DNA of 64,000 nt from an uncultured Muribaculaceae bacterium (GCA_964475015.1 CAYYVA010000002.1:26221-90220); one strand, 5' to 3'. Positions 10,496-21,148 are shown, numbered from the stretch's first letter. The notes: generated from the letters alone by a model not told the origin. Made by a program: numbers and translations.

Positions 10496-11482
10496 ATGAA
10501 GAAATTTTATAAATTGACTTTGCTGTTGGGAGTTCTATTCTGTGCTTCAACCATGTACGCCCAGAACATTTCCGATATGCGCCTCAATGAGGTACTCGTT
10601 ACCAATACTGAGGGGTTTGAGGATGACTATGGCTACAGGAACGGCTGGTTTGAGCTTTTCAACACATCATACGGTACTGTAAATATTGCGGGCTGCTACC
10701 TTACAACAGACCCCAATAACCTTACAATGTACATGATCCCTAAAGGGGACGTACTTACTGCCATCCCTCCTCGCCAGCACATCCTTTTTTGGGCTGACGG
10801 CATTAAAGAGAGAGGCACTTTCCATGTAAACTTCAAGCTTGACGATGCAAAAGAGGTGTTGTTTGTATCTACAGACGGCAAGACCATCGTTGACAGGGTT
10901 GCCATCCCTCAGCTGGATACCAACCAGTCATACGCAAGAAAAGTTGACGGAGAGGGCAGCAACAAGAAAGAAAGCATCATCTACAAATCAATGTACAAGA
11001 ACATGGTAGCCAAAGCTAATGCAGCGGATACCGAGACTGTTGAGGGTTGGATCAAGACTTATGTACCTACCCCAAGCACAAACAACCTCACTTTGGACGG
11101 TGAGTCAAAGGCTTCTTTGATGCAGGAGGTTGACCCATTCGGTCTCTTCCTTACTTTCACTGCAATGTTTGTTACATTCCTGTCATTGATTATCCTCTAC
11201 ATCATCTTCAAGAGAATCGGCAAGTTCCATATCAAGAAGAAATCAGAGAATGCTGTCAAGGCTATGGAGGGTACTGCCAACAGTGCTAAAGCTGACACTT
11301 CAGGACAGGTTTCTGCCGAGACTTACGCTGCAGTTTCAATGGCCATCCATTTGTTCATGCAGGACAATGAGGCTCATGATTTTGAGGAGACAGTGCTTAC
11401 TATCAATAAGGTATCAAAATCTTACTCTCCATGGAGCTCTAAGATCTACACATTGAGAGAAACACCACAGTTGAAAAAATAA
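10496..11482 (+). CDS. lamin-tail-domain protein fused to an OadG-like membrane segment (putative decarboxylase gamma/delta subunit)
   Basis: Signal peptide, then an LTD-like block (RLNEVLV...GWFELFN...CYLT), then a TM segment (GLFLTFTAMFVTFLSLIILYIIF). It occupies the position of the small subunit in the mmd operon. Confidence 0.55.
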   Translation: MKKFYKLTLLLGVLFCASTMYAQNISDMRLNEVLVTNTEGFEDDYGYRNGWFELFNTSYGTVNIAGCYLTTDPNNLTMYMIPKGDVLTAIPPRQHILFWADGIKERGTFHVNFKLDDAKEVLFVSTDGKTIVDRVAIPQLDTNQSYARKVDGEGSNKKESIIYKSMYKNMVAKANAADTETVEGWIKTYVPTPSTNNLTLDGESKASLMQEVDPFGLFLTFTAMFVTFLSLIILYIIFKRIGKFHIKKKSENAVKAMEGTANSAKADTSGQVSAETYAAVSMAIHLFMQDNEAHDFEETVLTINKVSKSYSPWSSKIYTLRETPQLKK

Positions 11483-11501
11483 CATTTAAAAGAGAACAAT
11501 A

Positions 11502-11939
11502 ATGAAAGAATATAAATTGAAAATTAACGGTAATGACTATGCAGTAACCGTTAACGAGGTAGATGGCTCAATGGCTGAGGTGGAGGTAAACGGAACTCCA
11601 TTCAAGGTTGAGTTTGAGAAACCAATCAAGAAGGCAGCTCCAGCTGCAAAACCAATGGCTCCTAAGGCAACCCCTGCAGGTGCCCCTGAGGTTAAAGTAT
11701 CAAAACCAGCTGCTGCAGGCGGTGCAGGCCAGACTGTATCTTCACCACTTCCAGGCGTTATCCTTGAGATTTCTGTTAAGGTTGGTGATACAGTTAAGAG
11801 AGGCCAGAAAGTAATGGTTCTTGAGGCCATGAAGATGGAGAACGTAATTGAGTCTACAGCAGACGGTACAGTTACAGCAATTAAAGTTGAAAAAGGTGAT
11901 TCAGTACTTGAGGGTGCTCCACTTGTAATAATCGGTTAA
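11502..11939 (+). CDS. mmdC: biotin carboxyl carrier subunit
   Basis: 145 aa with an Ala/Pro linker and the biotinylation motif LEAMKMEN. Confidence 0.85.
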   Translation: MKEYKLKINGNDYAVTVNEVDGSMAEVEVNGTPFKVEFEKPIKKAAPAAKPMAPKATPAGAPEVKVSKPAAAGGAGQTVSSPLPGVILEISVKVGDTVKRGQKVMVLEAMKMENVIESTADGTVTAIKVEKGDSVLEGAPLVIIG

Positions 11940-11941
11940 TT

Positions 11942-13093
11942 ATGGTTTTTGAAGCTAGCATATTAGATAATCTGCAACAGTTCTTCCTATATACAGGATT
12001 CGCTAACGTGACTATCGGCCACGTAATCATGATATTGGTAGGATTGTTCTTCATGTACCTGGCCATCACTAAGGACTGGGAGCCTATGCTTCTTATCCCT
12101 ATCGGCTTTGGTATCGTGATTGGAAACATTCCTTTGTTTCCAGGTCTTCAGGTAGGTGTTTACGAGCAGGGCTCAGTTCTCAACATCCTTTATCAGGGTG
12201 TGGTTCAGGGCTGGTATCCACCTCTAATCTTTATGGGTATCGGAGCAATGACAGACTTCTCTGCGTTGATTTCAAACCCTAAACTTCTCCTTATCGGTGC
12301 TGCTGCACAGTTCGGTATCTTCGGTGCCTACATTGCAGCTTTGACATTGGGCTTCGGTCCAGCAGAGGCAGGTGCTATCGGTATCATCGGTGGTGCAGAC
12401 GGTCCTACAGCAATCTTCCTTGCAGGTAGACTTGCTCCGGATCTCCTTGGTGCAATTGCAGTGTCAGCATACTCTTACATGGCGTTGGTACCGGTTATCC
12501 AGCCTCCTGTAATGAGGCTCCTCACAACCAACAAGGAGCGCCTTATCAGGATGAAGGCTCCAAGAGCCGTATCTCCTACAGAAAAGAAGCTCTTCCCTAT
12601 CGTAGGTTTCCTTCTTACAGCATTCATCGTACCTTCAGGTATTCCACTCTTGGGTATGCTGTTCTTCGGTAACCTTATCAAGGAGTCAGGTGTAACAAAA
12701 CGTCTTGCAAACACAGCAAGCGGTCCGCTAATTGACGTTGTAACCATCCTTATCGGTCTTACCGTAGGTGCTTCAACACAGGCAGACAAATTCTTGCAGT
12801 GGAGCTCTGTCAAGATCTTCATCCTCGGTGCATTCTCATTCATCGTGGCTACTTTTGCAGGTGTATTGTTCGTGAAGTTCTTCAACCTCTTCCTCAAGGA
12901 GGGCAACAAAATCAACCCGCTTATCGGTAACGCAGGTGTTTCTGCCGTTCCTGATGCAGCACGTGTATCAAACAACATCGGTCTTGAGTATGACAAGACA
13001 AACTATCTGTTGATGCATGCTATGGGTCCTAACGTTGCTGGTGTTATCGGTAGTGCAGTTGCAGCAGGTATCCTTCTTGCATTCCTTGCATAA
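11942..13093 (+). CDS. mmdB: Na+-translocating decarboxylase beta subunit
   Basis: 383 aa, polytopic, OadB/MmdB-like (GIGAMTDFS..., NAGVSAVPDAARV). Confidence 0.9.
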   Translation: MVFEASILDNLQQFFLYTGFANVTIGHVIMILVGLFFMYLAITKDWEPMLLIPIGFGIVIGNIPLFPGLQVGVYEQGSVLNILYQGVVQGWYPPLIFMGIGAMTDFSALISNPKLLLIGAAAQFGIFGAYIAALTLGFGPAEAGAIGIIGGADGPTAIFLAGRLAPDLLGAIAVSAYSYMALVPVIQPPVMRLLTTNKERLIRMKAPRAVSPTEKKLFPIVGFLLTAFIVPSGIPLLGMLFFGNLIKESGVTKRLANTASGPLIDVVTILIGLTVGASTQADKFLQWSSVKIFILGAFSFIVATFAGVLFVKFFNLFLKEGNKINPLIGNAGVSAVPDAARVSNNIGLEYDKTNYLLMHAMGPNVAGVIGSAVAAGILLAFLA

Positions 13094-13112
13094 CCTGATA
13101 CATTATACTATG

Positions 13113-13146
13113 AAAACCGGGCTTGAAACAGTCCGGTTTTTTTTGT
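13113..13146 (+). terminator. rho-independent terminator
   Basis: aaaaccgggc...gtccggtttt followed by a T-run. Confidence 0.6.
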
Positions 13147-13362
13147 TTCAGGCAGTTGGTCCGGGTGGATAATTTACTCTCAGGCGATAATGCCGGGGAG
13201 GGAAAAAAGGGAAAATTTGTCGGGAGTAGGAAAATGGGACATTTCAGACAACTATTTGACAAAATTTAGTGTTATAAATGCAGATGTACGGCAAAGTTTG
13301 TGCATAAAATTCATTAACTTTATACCCGTTATTTTCCAATAAAAATATAGGAGACAACATAT

Positions 13363-13974
13363 ATGCAGAACAAGTTACAGGAACTTACAGACAAACTCTA
13401 CAATGAGGGGCTGCAGAAAGGGAAGCAGGAGGCCGAGCAGATGAAGGCCAATGCGAAGAAAGAGGCAGCCGAAATTATTGCCCAGGCAAAGGAGCAGGCA
13501 CAGGAAATTCTTGCCAAGGCCCAGGCTGATGCAGCGGAACTCAATTCCAAGACCATGAATGATGTGAAGATGGCTTCACAGCAGGCATTTACAGCAGTAA
13601 GGAAGGAGATTGAGAACGCAATCATTGCCAAGGCAGTTTCAGCACCGGTAAAGGATGCCACAAAAGACACAGATTTCCTAAAGGAGATCATCAAGGCCAT
13701 TGTTGCCGCTTTCAACCCTGCCAACACAGATCCTGTAGCTCTTGAGCTTATACTCCCTGCAGAGAAGCAGCAGGAACTGGATTCATTTGCAAAGGAGAGC
13801 ATTTCTAAAATCTGCTCTGCAGGAATTGACGTGAAGTTCAGCAAATCCGTACAGGGAGGATTCAGGATCTCCCCTAAGGATGGAGGATATATGCTCAGCT
13901 TCACCGACAAGGATTTTGAGAACATAATAGCAGAATATCTGAGGCCGAAGACCAAAGCCCTCCTATTCGGATAA
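13363..13974 (+). CDS. atpE: V-type ATP synthase subunit E
   Basis: 203 aa, coiled-coil, rich in K/E/A/Q. It is the first gene of the V-ATPase operon. Confidence 0.7.
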   Translation: MQNKLQELTDKLYNEGLQKGKQEAEQMKANAKKEAAEIIAQAKEQAQEILAKAQADAAELNSKTMNDVKMASQQAFTAVRKEIENAIIAKAVSAPVKDATKDTDFLKEIIKAIVAAFNPANTDPVALELILPAEKQQELDSFAKESISKICSAGIDVKFSKSVQGGFRISPKDGGYMLSFTDKDFENIIAEYLRPKTKALLFG

Positions 13975-13985
13975 CAGACGGGACA

Positions 13986-14600
13986 ATGGGAAATTATCAC
14001 TATATAATTGCCGGATTGCCTGAGCTTGTCCTTGATGCAGACAACAAGGGTTTCTCATACGATGCTGTGAGGGAATCAATCTATTCCAGCAGCGAAGATG
14101 GGGACCGCCGCCTGATTGAGTGGTTTGACTTCGGGTCTGACGAGGATAACCTCAATTCCCATTTCTACAGGGCAGCATTCAGGAGCCGCTGCAGGTTCAT
14201 AAAGCTATGGTTTGCCCTTGACCTTGAAATCAGGAACCGCAAGGTGGATTTTGTTGCGGGAAAGCTGGAAAGGGACGGAGAATCCTACAAGGTATGCCCC
14301 GGCAGCAACGGAGATCTTGAATTGTCTGAAGAGCAGCTCCAGAAACTCCAGGAAATATTCGCCAACAGGAATATCCTTGAGAAGGAGCAGCAGCTGGACA
14401 GGTTCAAATGGGATTTCCTCACACAAATGAACGGTTACGGTGAGTTCAACATGGATGTCATACTCTGTTTCCTTGCAAAAGGGAAGCTGATTGACAGATG
14501 GAACAAGCTGGACCGCAAGACAGGTGAAGAGATGTTCCGCAAGCTTGTGGATGAAGTGAGGGGGACATTCAACGGAATTGGAAACAAGAAAATGGATTAA
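13986..14600 (+). CDS. DUF2764 protein (V-ATPase accessory/C-like subunit)
   Basis: 204 aa beginning YHYIIAGLPELVLD. Its position between E and A is typical of Bacteroidetes V-ATPase operons. Confidence 0.6.
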   Translation: MGNYHYIIAGLPELVLDADNKGFSYDAVRESIYSSSEDGDRRLIEWFDFGSDEDNLNSHFYRAAFRSRCRFIKLWFALDLEIRNRKVDFVAGKLERDGESYKVCPGSNGDLELSEEQLQKLQEIFANRNILEKEQQLDRFKWDFLTQMNGYGEFNMDVILCFLAKGKLIDRWNKLDRKTGEEMFRKLVDEVRGTFNGIGNKKMD

Positions 14601-14604
14601 ATAT

Positions 14605-16356
14605 ATGAGTACCACAGGAAAAGTTACAGGCATCATTGCCAACCTGGTTACAGTGGAGGTGAATGGTCCTGTTGCACAGAATGAGATATGCTACATAAAG
14701 CTTGGCGACACCAGGCTTATGGCAGAGGTCATAAAGGTGAACGGCAAGTCCGCTTCCGTTCAGGTTTATGAGAGTACCCGTGGCGTAAGGAAAGGGAACG
14801 ATGTGGAGTTTATGGGCTACATGCTTGAGGCTACACTTGGCCCGGGCCTCCTTTCCAGCAACTACGACGGTCTGCAGAACAACCTCTCAACCATGACAGG
14901 AGTATTCCTGCAGAGGGGTGAATATACATCTCCTATAGACATGGAGAAGGAGTGGGAGTTCTCCCCTATCGCCAAGGCTGGTGACAAGGTTGTTGCAGCT
15001 GACTGGCTGGGTGAGGTAAAGGAGGGTTGGCTTCCTCATAAGATTATGGTTCCTTTCAGCTTCAAGGGTGAATATACAGTAAAATCTGTAGTGCCGCAGG
15101 GAAGCTATAAGGCTTCAGAGACAATTGCAGTTGTAACTGATGCCGAGGGTGAAGACCATAATGTAACCATGGTACAGAAATGGCCTGTAAAGGTTGCAAT
15201 TGGAGGATACAGGGAGAAACCAAGGCCATACAGGATTATGGAGACAGGTGTAAGGTGCATTGACACCCTCAATCCAATGGCTGAGGGTGGTACAGGCTTC
15301 ATTCCAGGACCTTTCGGATGCGGCAAGACAGTTCTCCAGCACGCAATTGCAAAACAGGGCGAGGCAGATGTAATCATCATGGCAGCCTGCGGTGAGCGTG
15401 CGAATGAGGTTGTGGAGATTTTTGCCGAGTTCCCTGAGCTTATTGATGCCAGGACTGGACGCAAGTTGAGCGAGCGTACAACAATCATCTGCAACACATC
15501 AAACATGCCTGTTGCAGCCCGTGAGGCTTCTGTATATACTGCAATGACTATTGGTGAGTACTACAGGGCAATGGGCCTCAAGGTGCTTCTCCTTGCAGAT
15601 TCAACTTCCCGATGGGCACAGGCACTCAGGGAGATGAGTAACCGTATGGAGGAGCTTCCGGGAGCAGACGCATTCCCTGTTGACCTCCCTGCAATCATCT
15701 CTAACTTCTACGCAAGGGCAGGCATTGTAACCCTGAACAACGGGGAGACAGGATCAGTTACCTTCATAGGAACCGTATCCCCTGCGGGCGGTAACCTTAA
15801 GGAGCCTGTTACAGAATCAACCAAGAAGGCAGCAAGATGCTTCTACGCCTTGAGCCAGAACCGTGCGGACCGCAAGAGATACCCTGCAGTTGACCCAATA
15901 GATTCATACTCAAAATACCTTGAATATCCGGAGATTGCAGAATACCTCAATTCAAAGGTGGACCCTCAGTGGGTTGAAAAGGTTAACAAAGCTAAGAACT
16001 ATATCCTCAGGGGCAAGGAGGCTTACGAGCAGATAAACATCCTCGGTGATGACGGTGTGCCTATGGAGTACCACAACAGATACTGGAAGAGCGAGCTCAT
16101 AGACTTCATCATCCTCCAGCAGGATGCATTTGATGCAATTGACAGCTCTACCCCTATGGAGCGCCAGGAGTTCATGCTCAACAAGGTACTTGAGGTTTGT
16201 GACGCACCTGTTGACTTTGACAGCTTTGAGGAGTGCAGCGCACACTACAAGAATGTGATTAACATAATGCGCCAGATGAACTACTCGGAGTTCAGGAGCG
16301 CAGACTTTGAAAAATATCTTGAGCAACTAAATAAAGTGACAACCCATGACAACTAA
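14605..16356 (+). CDS. atpA: V-type ATP synthase subunit A
   Basis: Start at MSTTGKVTGI, just after the upstream stop at 14600. Walker A is GPFGCGKTV. Confidence 0.9.
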   Translation: MSTTGKVTGIIANLVTVEVNGPVAQNEICYIKLGDTRLMAEVIKVNGKSASVQVYESTRGVRKGNDVEFMGYMLEATLGPGLLSSNYDGLQNNLSTMTGVFLQRGEYTSPIDMEKEWEFSPIAKAGDKVVAADWLGEVKEGWLPHKIMVPFSFKGEYTVKSVVPQGSYKASETIAVVTDAEGEDHNVTMVQKWPVKVAIGGYREKPRPYRIMETGVRCIDTLNPMAEGGTGFIPGPFGCGKTVLQHAIAKQGEADVIIMAACGERANEVVEIFAEFPELIDARTGRKLSERTTIICNTSNMPVAAREASVYTAMTIGEYYRAMGLKVLLLADSTSRWAQALREMSNRMEELPGADAFPVDLPAIISNFYARAGIVTLNNGETGSVTFIGTVSPAGGNLKEPVTESTKKAARCFYALSQNRADRKRYPAVDPIDSYSKYLEYPEIAEYLNSKVDPQWVEKVNKAKNYILRGKEAYEQINILGDDGVPMEYHNRYWKSELIDFIILQQDAFDAIDSSTPMERQEFMLNKVLEVCDAPVDFDSFEECSAHYKNVINIMRQMNYSEFRSADFEKYLEQLNKVTTHDN

Positions 16357-17668
16357 AGCATTTCAAAGAATATACACCCAGTTGGAGGCCATCACCAAGG
16401 CTACAGTGGCATTGAAGGCACAGGGTGTATCCAACGATGAGCTTGCTACCGTAGATGGAAGGTTGGCTCAGGTTGTAAAGATTAAGGGAGACCTTGTAAC
16501 CCTGCAGGTATTTTCAGGTACAGAGGGTATCCCTACAGACTCTGAAGTGATCTTCTTTGGCGAGGCCCCATCACTCCATGTAAGTGAGCAGCTGGCAGGA
16601 AGATTCTTCAACGCATACGGAGAGCCTATAGACAACGGCCCTGCGGTGGACGGTGAAAAGAGGTTCATCGGAGGTCCGAGCGTTAACCCATACAGGAGAA
16701 AGCAGCCTTCACAGCTTATTCCTACCGGAATTGCAGGAATTGACCTTAACAATACACTGGTTTCCGGCCAGAAGATCCCTTTCTTTGCAAACGCAGACCA
16801 GCCATACAACCAGGTGATGGCAAATGTGGCACTCAGGGCTGATGTAGACAAAATTATCCTTGGCGGAATGGGACTTACAAATGATGACTACCTCTACTTC
16901 AAGCAGATGTTTGAGAATGCAGGTGCCCTTAACAAGATCATCAGCTTTGTGAACACCACAGAGCAGCCTCCTGTAGAGCGCCTCCTTATCCCGGACATGG
17001 CCCTTACAGCGGCTGAGTATTTTGCAGTGGACAAGAATGAGAAGGTGCTTGTGCTCCTTACAGACATGACCCTCTACGCAGATGCCCTCTCAATTGTGAG
17101 CAACCGTATGGACCAGATCCCTTCAAAGGACTCTATGCCCGGCTCCCTCTACTCAGACCTTGCAAAAATCTACGAGAAGGCTGTACAGCTTCCCGACGGG
17201 GGTTCAATCACCATCATAGCTGTGACAACCCTGAACGACGGAGACATCACCCACGCCATTCCGGACAACACCGGATACATCACAGAGGGGCAGCTCTTCC
17301 TCAGGACAGATACAGATACAGGAAAGGTAATCATTGACCCGTTCCGTTCACTCTCACGTCTGAAACAGCTGGTAATAGGCAAGCAGACAAGGGAAGACCA
17401 CGGCCAGGTGATGAACACAGGTGTACGCCTCTACGCAGATGCGGCCAACGCCAAGACAAAGCTGGAGAACGGTTTTGACCTGAGCGACTATGACCTCCGC
17501 TGCCTTGACTACGCAAAGGACTACTCAAACAAGCTCCTTGCAATTGACGTGAACATAAAGATAGACCAGATGCTGGATACAGCCTGGGACCTCTTTGGCA
17601 AATACTTCAAGCCTGAAGAGCTTGGAATCAAACAGAACCTTGTTGACAAATACTGGAAAGGCAACTGA
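16346..17668 (+). CDS. atpB: V-type ATP synthase subunit B
   Basis: 440 aa of the non-catalytic B subunit family. It overlaps the end of atpA. Confidence 0.9.
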   Translation: MTTKAFQRIYTQLEAITKATVALKAQGVSNDELATVDGRLAQVVKIKGDLVTLQVFSGTEGIPTDSEVIFFGEAPSLHVSEQLAGRFFNAYGEPIDNGPAVDGEKRFIGGPSVNPYRRKQPSQLIPTGIAGIDLNNTLVSGQKIPFFANADQPYNQVMANVALRADVDKIILGGMGLTNDDYLYFKQMFENAGALNKIISFVNTTEQPPVERLLIPDMALTAAEYFAVDKNEKVLVLLTDMTLYADALSIVSNRMDQIPSKDSMPGSLYSDLAKIYEKAVQLPDGGSITIIAVTTLNDGDITHAIPDNTGYITEGQLFLRTDTDTGKVIIDPFRSLSRLKQLVIGKQTREDHGQVMNTGVRLYADAANAKTKLENGFDLSDYDLRCLDYAKDYSNKLLAIDVNIKIDQMLDTAWDLFGKYFKPEELGIKQNLVDKYWKGN

Positions 17669-17670
17669 TT

Positions 17671-18282
17671 ATGGCAATCAAATTCCAATATAACAAGACA
17701 TCACTCAACGAGCTGAACAAGCAGCTCAAGATAAGGAAGAACGCCCTCCCTACCCTCAAGAACAAGGAGAGCGCCCTCCGTCTTGAGGTAAAGCGCGCCA
17801 AGGCCACAAGTGATGCCCTAATGGAAAAACTTGATGCCTCGCTGAAAGCCTACGAATACATTGCAGCCCTCTGGAACGAGTTCCAGCCCGGGCTTATAGC
17901 AGTAAAGGATGTGATACTCAAGACCGAGAAGATTGCCGGAGTGAAGACCCCTGCCCTCGTGGAGGTTCTCTATCAGGTAAATGAGTTTGACATCTTCCGC
18001 AAGCCGCTCTGGTATTCAGATGGTGTGGAGATTCTCCAGCAGCTTGCCCAGATAGGTATAGAATCTGAAATCTACAGGGAAAAGATGAGGATTCTGGACT
18101 TTACCAGGAAAAAGACCACCCAGAAGGTGAACCTCTACGAAAAGGTACAGATTCCCGGCTACCAGGAGGCAATAAGGAAAATAAAGAGATACATGGAAGA
18201 TGAGGAGAATCTTTCAAAGGCATCCCAGAAGATAGTGAAAACCCGACACTTAATTGAAGAGGAGGAGGAGAACAATGATTAA
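17671..18282 (+). CDS. atpD: V-type ATP synthase subunit D
   Basis: 203 aa; N-terminus ...TSLNELNKQLKIRKNALPTLKNKESALR. Confidence 0.8.
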   Translation: MAIKFQYNKTSLNELNKQLKIRKNALPTLKNKESALRLEVKRAKATSDALMEKLDASLKAYEYIAALWNEFQPGLIAVKDVILKTEKIAGVKTPALVEVLYQVNEFDIFRKPLWYSDGVEILQQLAQIGIESEIYREKMRILDFTRKKTTQKVNLYEKVQIPGYQEAIRKIKRYMEDEENLSKASQKIVKTRHLIEEEEENND

Positions 18283-20059
18283 GAAAATGACAAAATACTC
18301 TTTTGTGGTATTCCACAGGGAGGTGGAGGATTTTCTGAGGAATCTCCAGGAGATTGGTGTTGTAGACATTACAAGGCAGAAACGGGCAATTGACTCATAC
18401 TCAATGGAGAAATTTGAGGAGATTGCCAGATATAATGCCGCGGCAAGCGCCCTCAAGAGGATAAAGGATGAGGCCTTGAAGAAAAAGGAGGAGATTCCTG
18501 CAGGCAAGCCTCTGGAGAGTGACCTGCTGGGCCTCTATACCGCTTCAGTTGCAGAGAAGGAAGTCCTCAAGAACAGGATATATGTACTTAAGGGGGAACT
18601 CGCAGATGCCCTCCCTTGGGGAGCCTTTACCCAGGAGAACCTTGATTCTATCGGGAAGCTGGGCCTTACCCCATATTTCTATGTGGCCTCAGCCCAGAAA
18701 TATAACAGGGAGTGGGAAAGCCTCTACCCTATCCAGATACTGGGGGAACAGGGGGGCAAGATCTACTTTGCAGCCCTCTCTGAAGATGGCACAAGGCCTT
18801 CAATCCCTCTTCCCGACAGCAAATTCCCTTCAGTTTCAGCTGATGTGCTCCAGCAGCAGCTTGAAGAGCTTGAGCTGAAGGCTGCCAGCGTGCAGCAGAC
18901 GCTCCTTGCCCTTACAAACTGCGTTGAAGACCTGAATGCACAGAAGGAGAACCTATTTACAGATCTGGACCGCTACCTTGCAAGTGAAGCATCTGTAAAG
19001 AAGGCGGATGAGACAATTGTAATCTTTGAGGCATTTGCCCCAACTGAGATTGATACCGCTGTGGTACAGTTCATTGAGGAAAACAATGTATATTACCTCA
19101 AGGAGTTGGCCAGGAATGAGGACAACCCTCCTGTGAAGCTCAAGAACAACTTCTTTGCAAGGCTGTATGAACCTATCGGTGAGCTGTATATGCTTCCTAA
19201 ATATGGTGAACTTGACCTCACTCCGTTCTACGCCCCATTCTATATGCTCTTCTTCGGCTTCTGCCTTGGAGACATGGGCTACGGACTGGTAATGATGCTT
19301 GTGGGTACATTTGCCGCACTCAAGCTCCCTAAGTTTGCAGACTACGGCAAGCTGATAATATGGCTGGGACTGGGTACAATAATCATCCCTGCATTGGGAG
19401 GTACGGTGTTCGGTGCCAAGATATATGAGCTGGTGAAACTGCCTTCAAACATTACAGACCTGTTCTTCAATGACATGCAGATGTTCTGGTTTGCAATATT
19501 GTTCGGTATATTCCACATTATAGTTGCAAGGCTCATACATTGCATCTACAATATTGTAAAGGGGAACTGGAATACAGGCCTCAATGCTCTCGGATGGGCA
19601 ATTTCAATTGCTTGGGCAACCCTGGCATACGCCTCATCAGAGGCAGGGTTCACCTACGCCGGATGGCTCAACTACATTGGAATGGCCGGCCTGCTCCTTA
19701 TAATAGTATGCGGCTCAGATGCAAAGAATCCTATTGTAAGGCTGTTCAAGGGTACATTCTCCCTGTATGATTCAACCGGAGTGTTCGGTGACGTGCTTTC
19801 ATACATCAGGCTCTTCGGACTTGCAACATCGGGAGGAATCCTTGGATTCGTGGTTAATTCAATTGCCCTTACACTCGGTGAGCTCCCTTACATAGGATGG
19901 CTCCTTATGGGTGTGATGCTCATATTCGGACACATATTTGTAATGCTCCTTTCAAGCCTCGGTGCATTTGTGCATCCTCTCCGCCTCACATTCATTGAGT
20001 TCTACAAGAATGCGGGGTTTGAGGGTGGCGGAAGGCCCTACAACCCATTGAAGAAATGA
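18275..20059 (+). CDS. atpI: V-type ATP synthase subunit I
   Basis: Start at MIKKMTKYSF, overlapping the atpD stop. It has a soluble N-terminal half and a polytopic C-terminal half. Confidence 0.8.
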   Translation: MIKKMTKYSFVVFHREVEDFLRNLQEIGVVDITRQKRAIDSYSMEKFEEIARYNAAASALKRIKDEALKKKEEIPAGKPLESDLLGLYTASVAEKEVLKNRIYVLKGELADALPWGAFTQENLDSIGKLGLTPYFYVASAQKYNREWESLYPIQILGEQGGKIYFAALSEDGTRPSIPLPDSKFPSVSADVLQQQLEELELKAASVQQTLLALTNCVEDLNAQKENLFTDLDRYLASEASVKKADETIVIFEAFAPTEIDTAVVQFIEENNVYYLKELARNEDNPPVKLKNNFFARLYEPIGELYMLPKYGELDLTPFYAPFYMLFFGFCLGDMGYGLVMMLVGTFAALKLPKFADYGKLIIWLGLGTIIIPALGGTVFGAKIYELVKLPSNITDLFFNDMQMFWFAILFGIFHIIVARLIHCIYNIVKGNWNTGLNALGWAISIAWATLAYASSEAGFTYAGWLNYIGMAGLLLIIVCGSDAKNPIVRLFKGTFSLYDSTGVFGDVLSYIRLFGLATSGGILGFVVNSIALTLGELPYIGWLLMGVMLIFGHIFVMLLSSLGAFVHPLRLTFIEFYKNAGFEGGGRPYNPLKK

Positions 20060-20117
20060 AGCTCCCGATGATTTGTCGGGAAGAAAAAATAAGATTTATA
20101 ACAATTTAAAATTTTAA

Positions 20118-20579
<462 letters not shown>

Positions 20580-20584
20580 TTTAT

Positions 20585-20711
20585 CGTTGTCCTTTTTTAC
20601 AAAAGGCTGAAAGATAAGACCTTAGAAAAAACAGGAGTGATGGATGACCTTCACTCCTGTTTTTTAATTATCACATTATGAGGTTATTGTAAAAAAGGAC
20701 AACGTAAAAAA
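20585..20711. repeat. repeat pair A: 18-bp inverted repeat cgttgtccttttttacaa / ttgtaaaaaaggacaacg flanking a bidirectional terminator
   Basis: Arms at 20585-20602 and 20687-20704; the right copy extends to 20720. It belongs to the same family as 31081-31215. Confidence 0.85.
20626..20665. terminator. bidirectional rho-independent terminator
   Basis: A-run, stem acaggagtga / tcactcctgt, then a T-run. It lies between the convergent atpK and S24-like genes. Confidence 0.7.
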
Positions 20712-21148
20712 ATAAAAAGCAAATACCTCCGTACCGGACGGAAGAAGTGCCATAATCCGGAGAGGAGTTTCCAGCTGAAGGAGCTTGTGGGGATGATGCG
20801 GAAGCTTAAACCGTTGCGGTGCCTGTGGACTTCAACGGCCTTGGCAATGATGTCCTGCCTTGTGCAGGTTTCATGGGATGCATATATTCCGTCTCCTTGG
20901 ATTGTATAAGTGTCTCCATCAATGGAAATGATTCTGTGGAGGACATGGTTTCCCCTGTAGCGGAAGAGGACTGTATCAAGTTTCTGTAGGGTTGTGTCAG
21001 GTGTTACGGCAGAAAGGAGCACCTTGTCTTTCCCGTTGCGGATGAATGGGAACATTGAAGTCCCTTTCAATGGGATGAGGACAGAGTTGCCTTGGGAGAG
21101 TTCCTGCTCTACCTGCCGGAAGTATATGTCATTTGCAATCTGTTTCAT
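20684..21148 (-). CDS. S24/S26-type (LexA / signal-peptidase-like) serine peptidase domain protein
   Basis: 154 aa with a GTSMFPF motif (the GxSMxP nucleophile region). There is no HTH domain. The last ~11 codons (LFIFLRCPFLQ) are encoded by repeat copy 20686-20718. ATGA overlap with the upstream gene. Confidence 0.6.
   Translation of the reverse strand: MKQIANDIYFRQVEQELSQGNSVLIPLKGTSMFPFIRNGKDKVLLSAVTPDTTLQKLDTVLFRYRGNHVLHRIISIDGDTYTIQGDGIYASHETCTRQDIIAKAVEVHRHRNGLSFRIIPTSSFSWKLLSGLWHFFRPVRRYLLFIFLRCPFLQ

Noticed and set aside
14578-14604. N-terminal extensions given in the ORF track, also at 6805-6885, 18254-18274, 23618-23689, 26841-26873, 28884-28964, 35497-35610, 39283-39291, 43016-43099, 44404-44457 and 51236-51259
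   Set aside because: Internal ATGs give canonical N-termini (signal peptides, lipoboxes, conserved family starts) and remove overlaps with upstream genes or promoter boxes.
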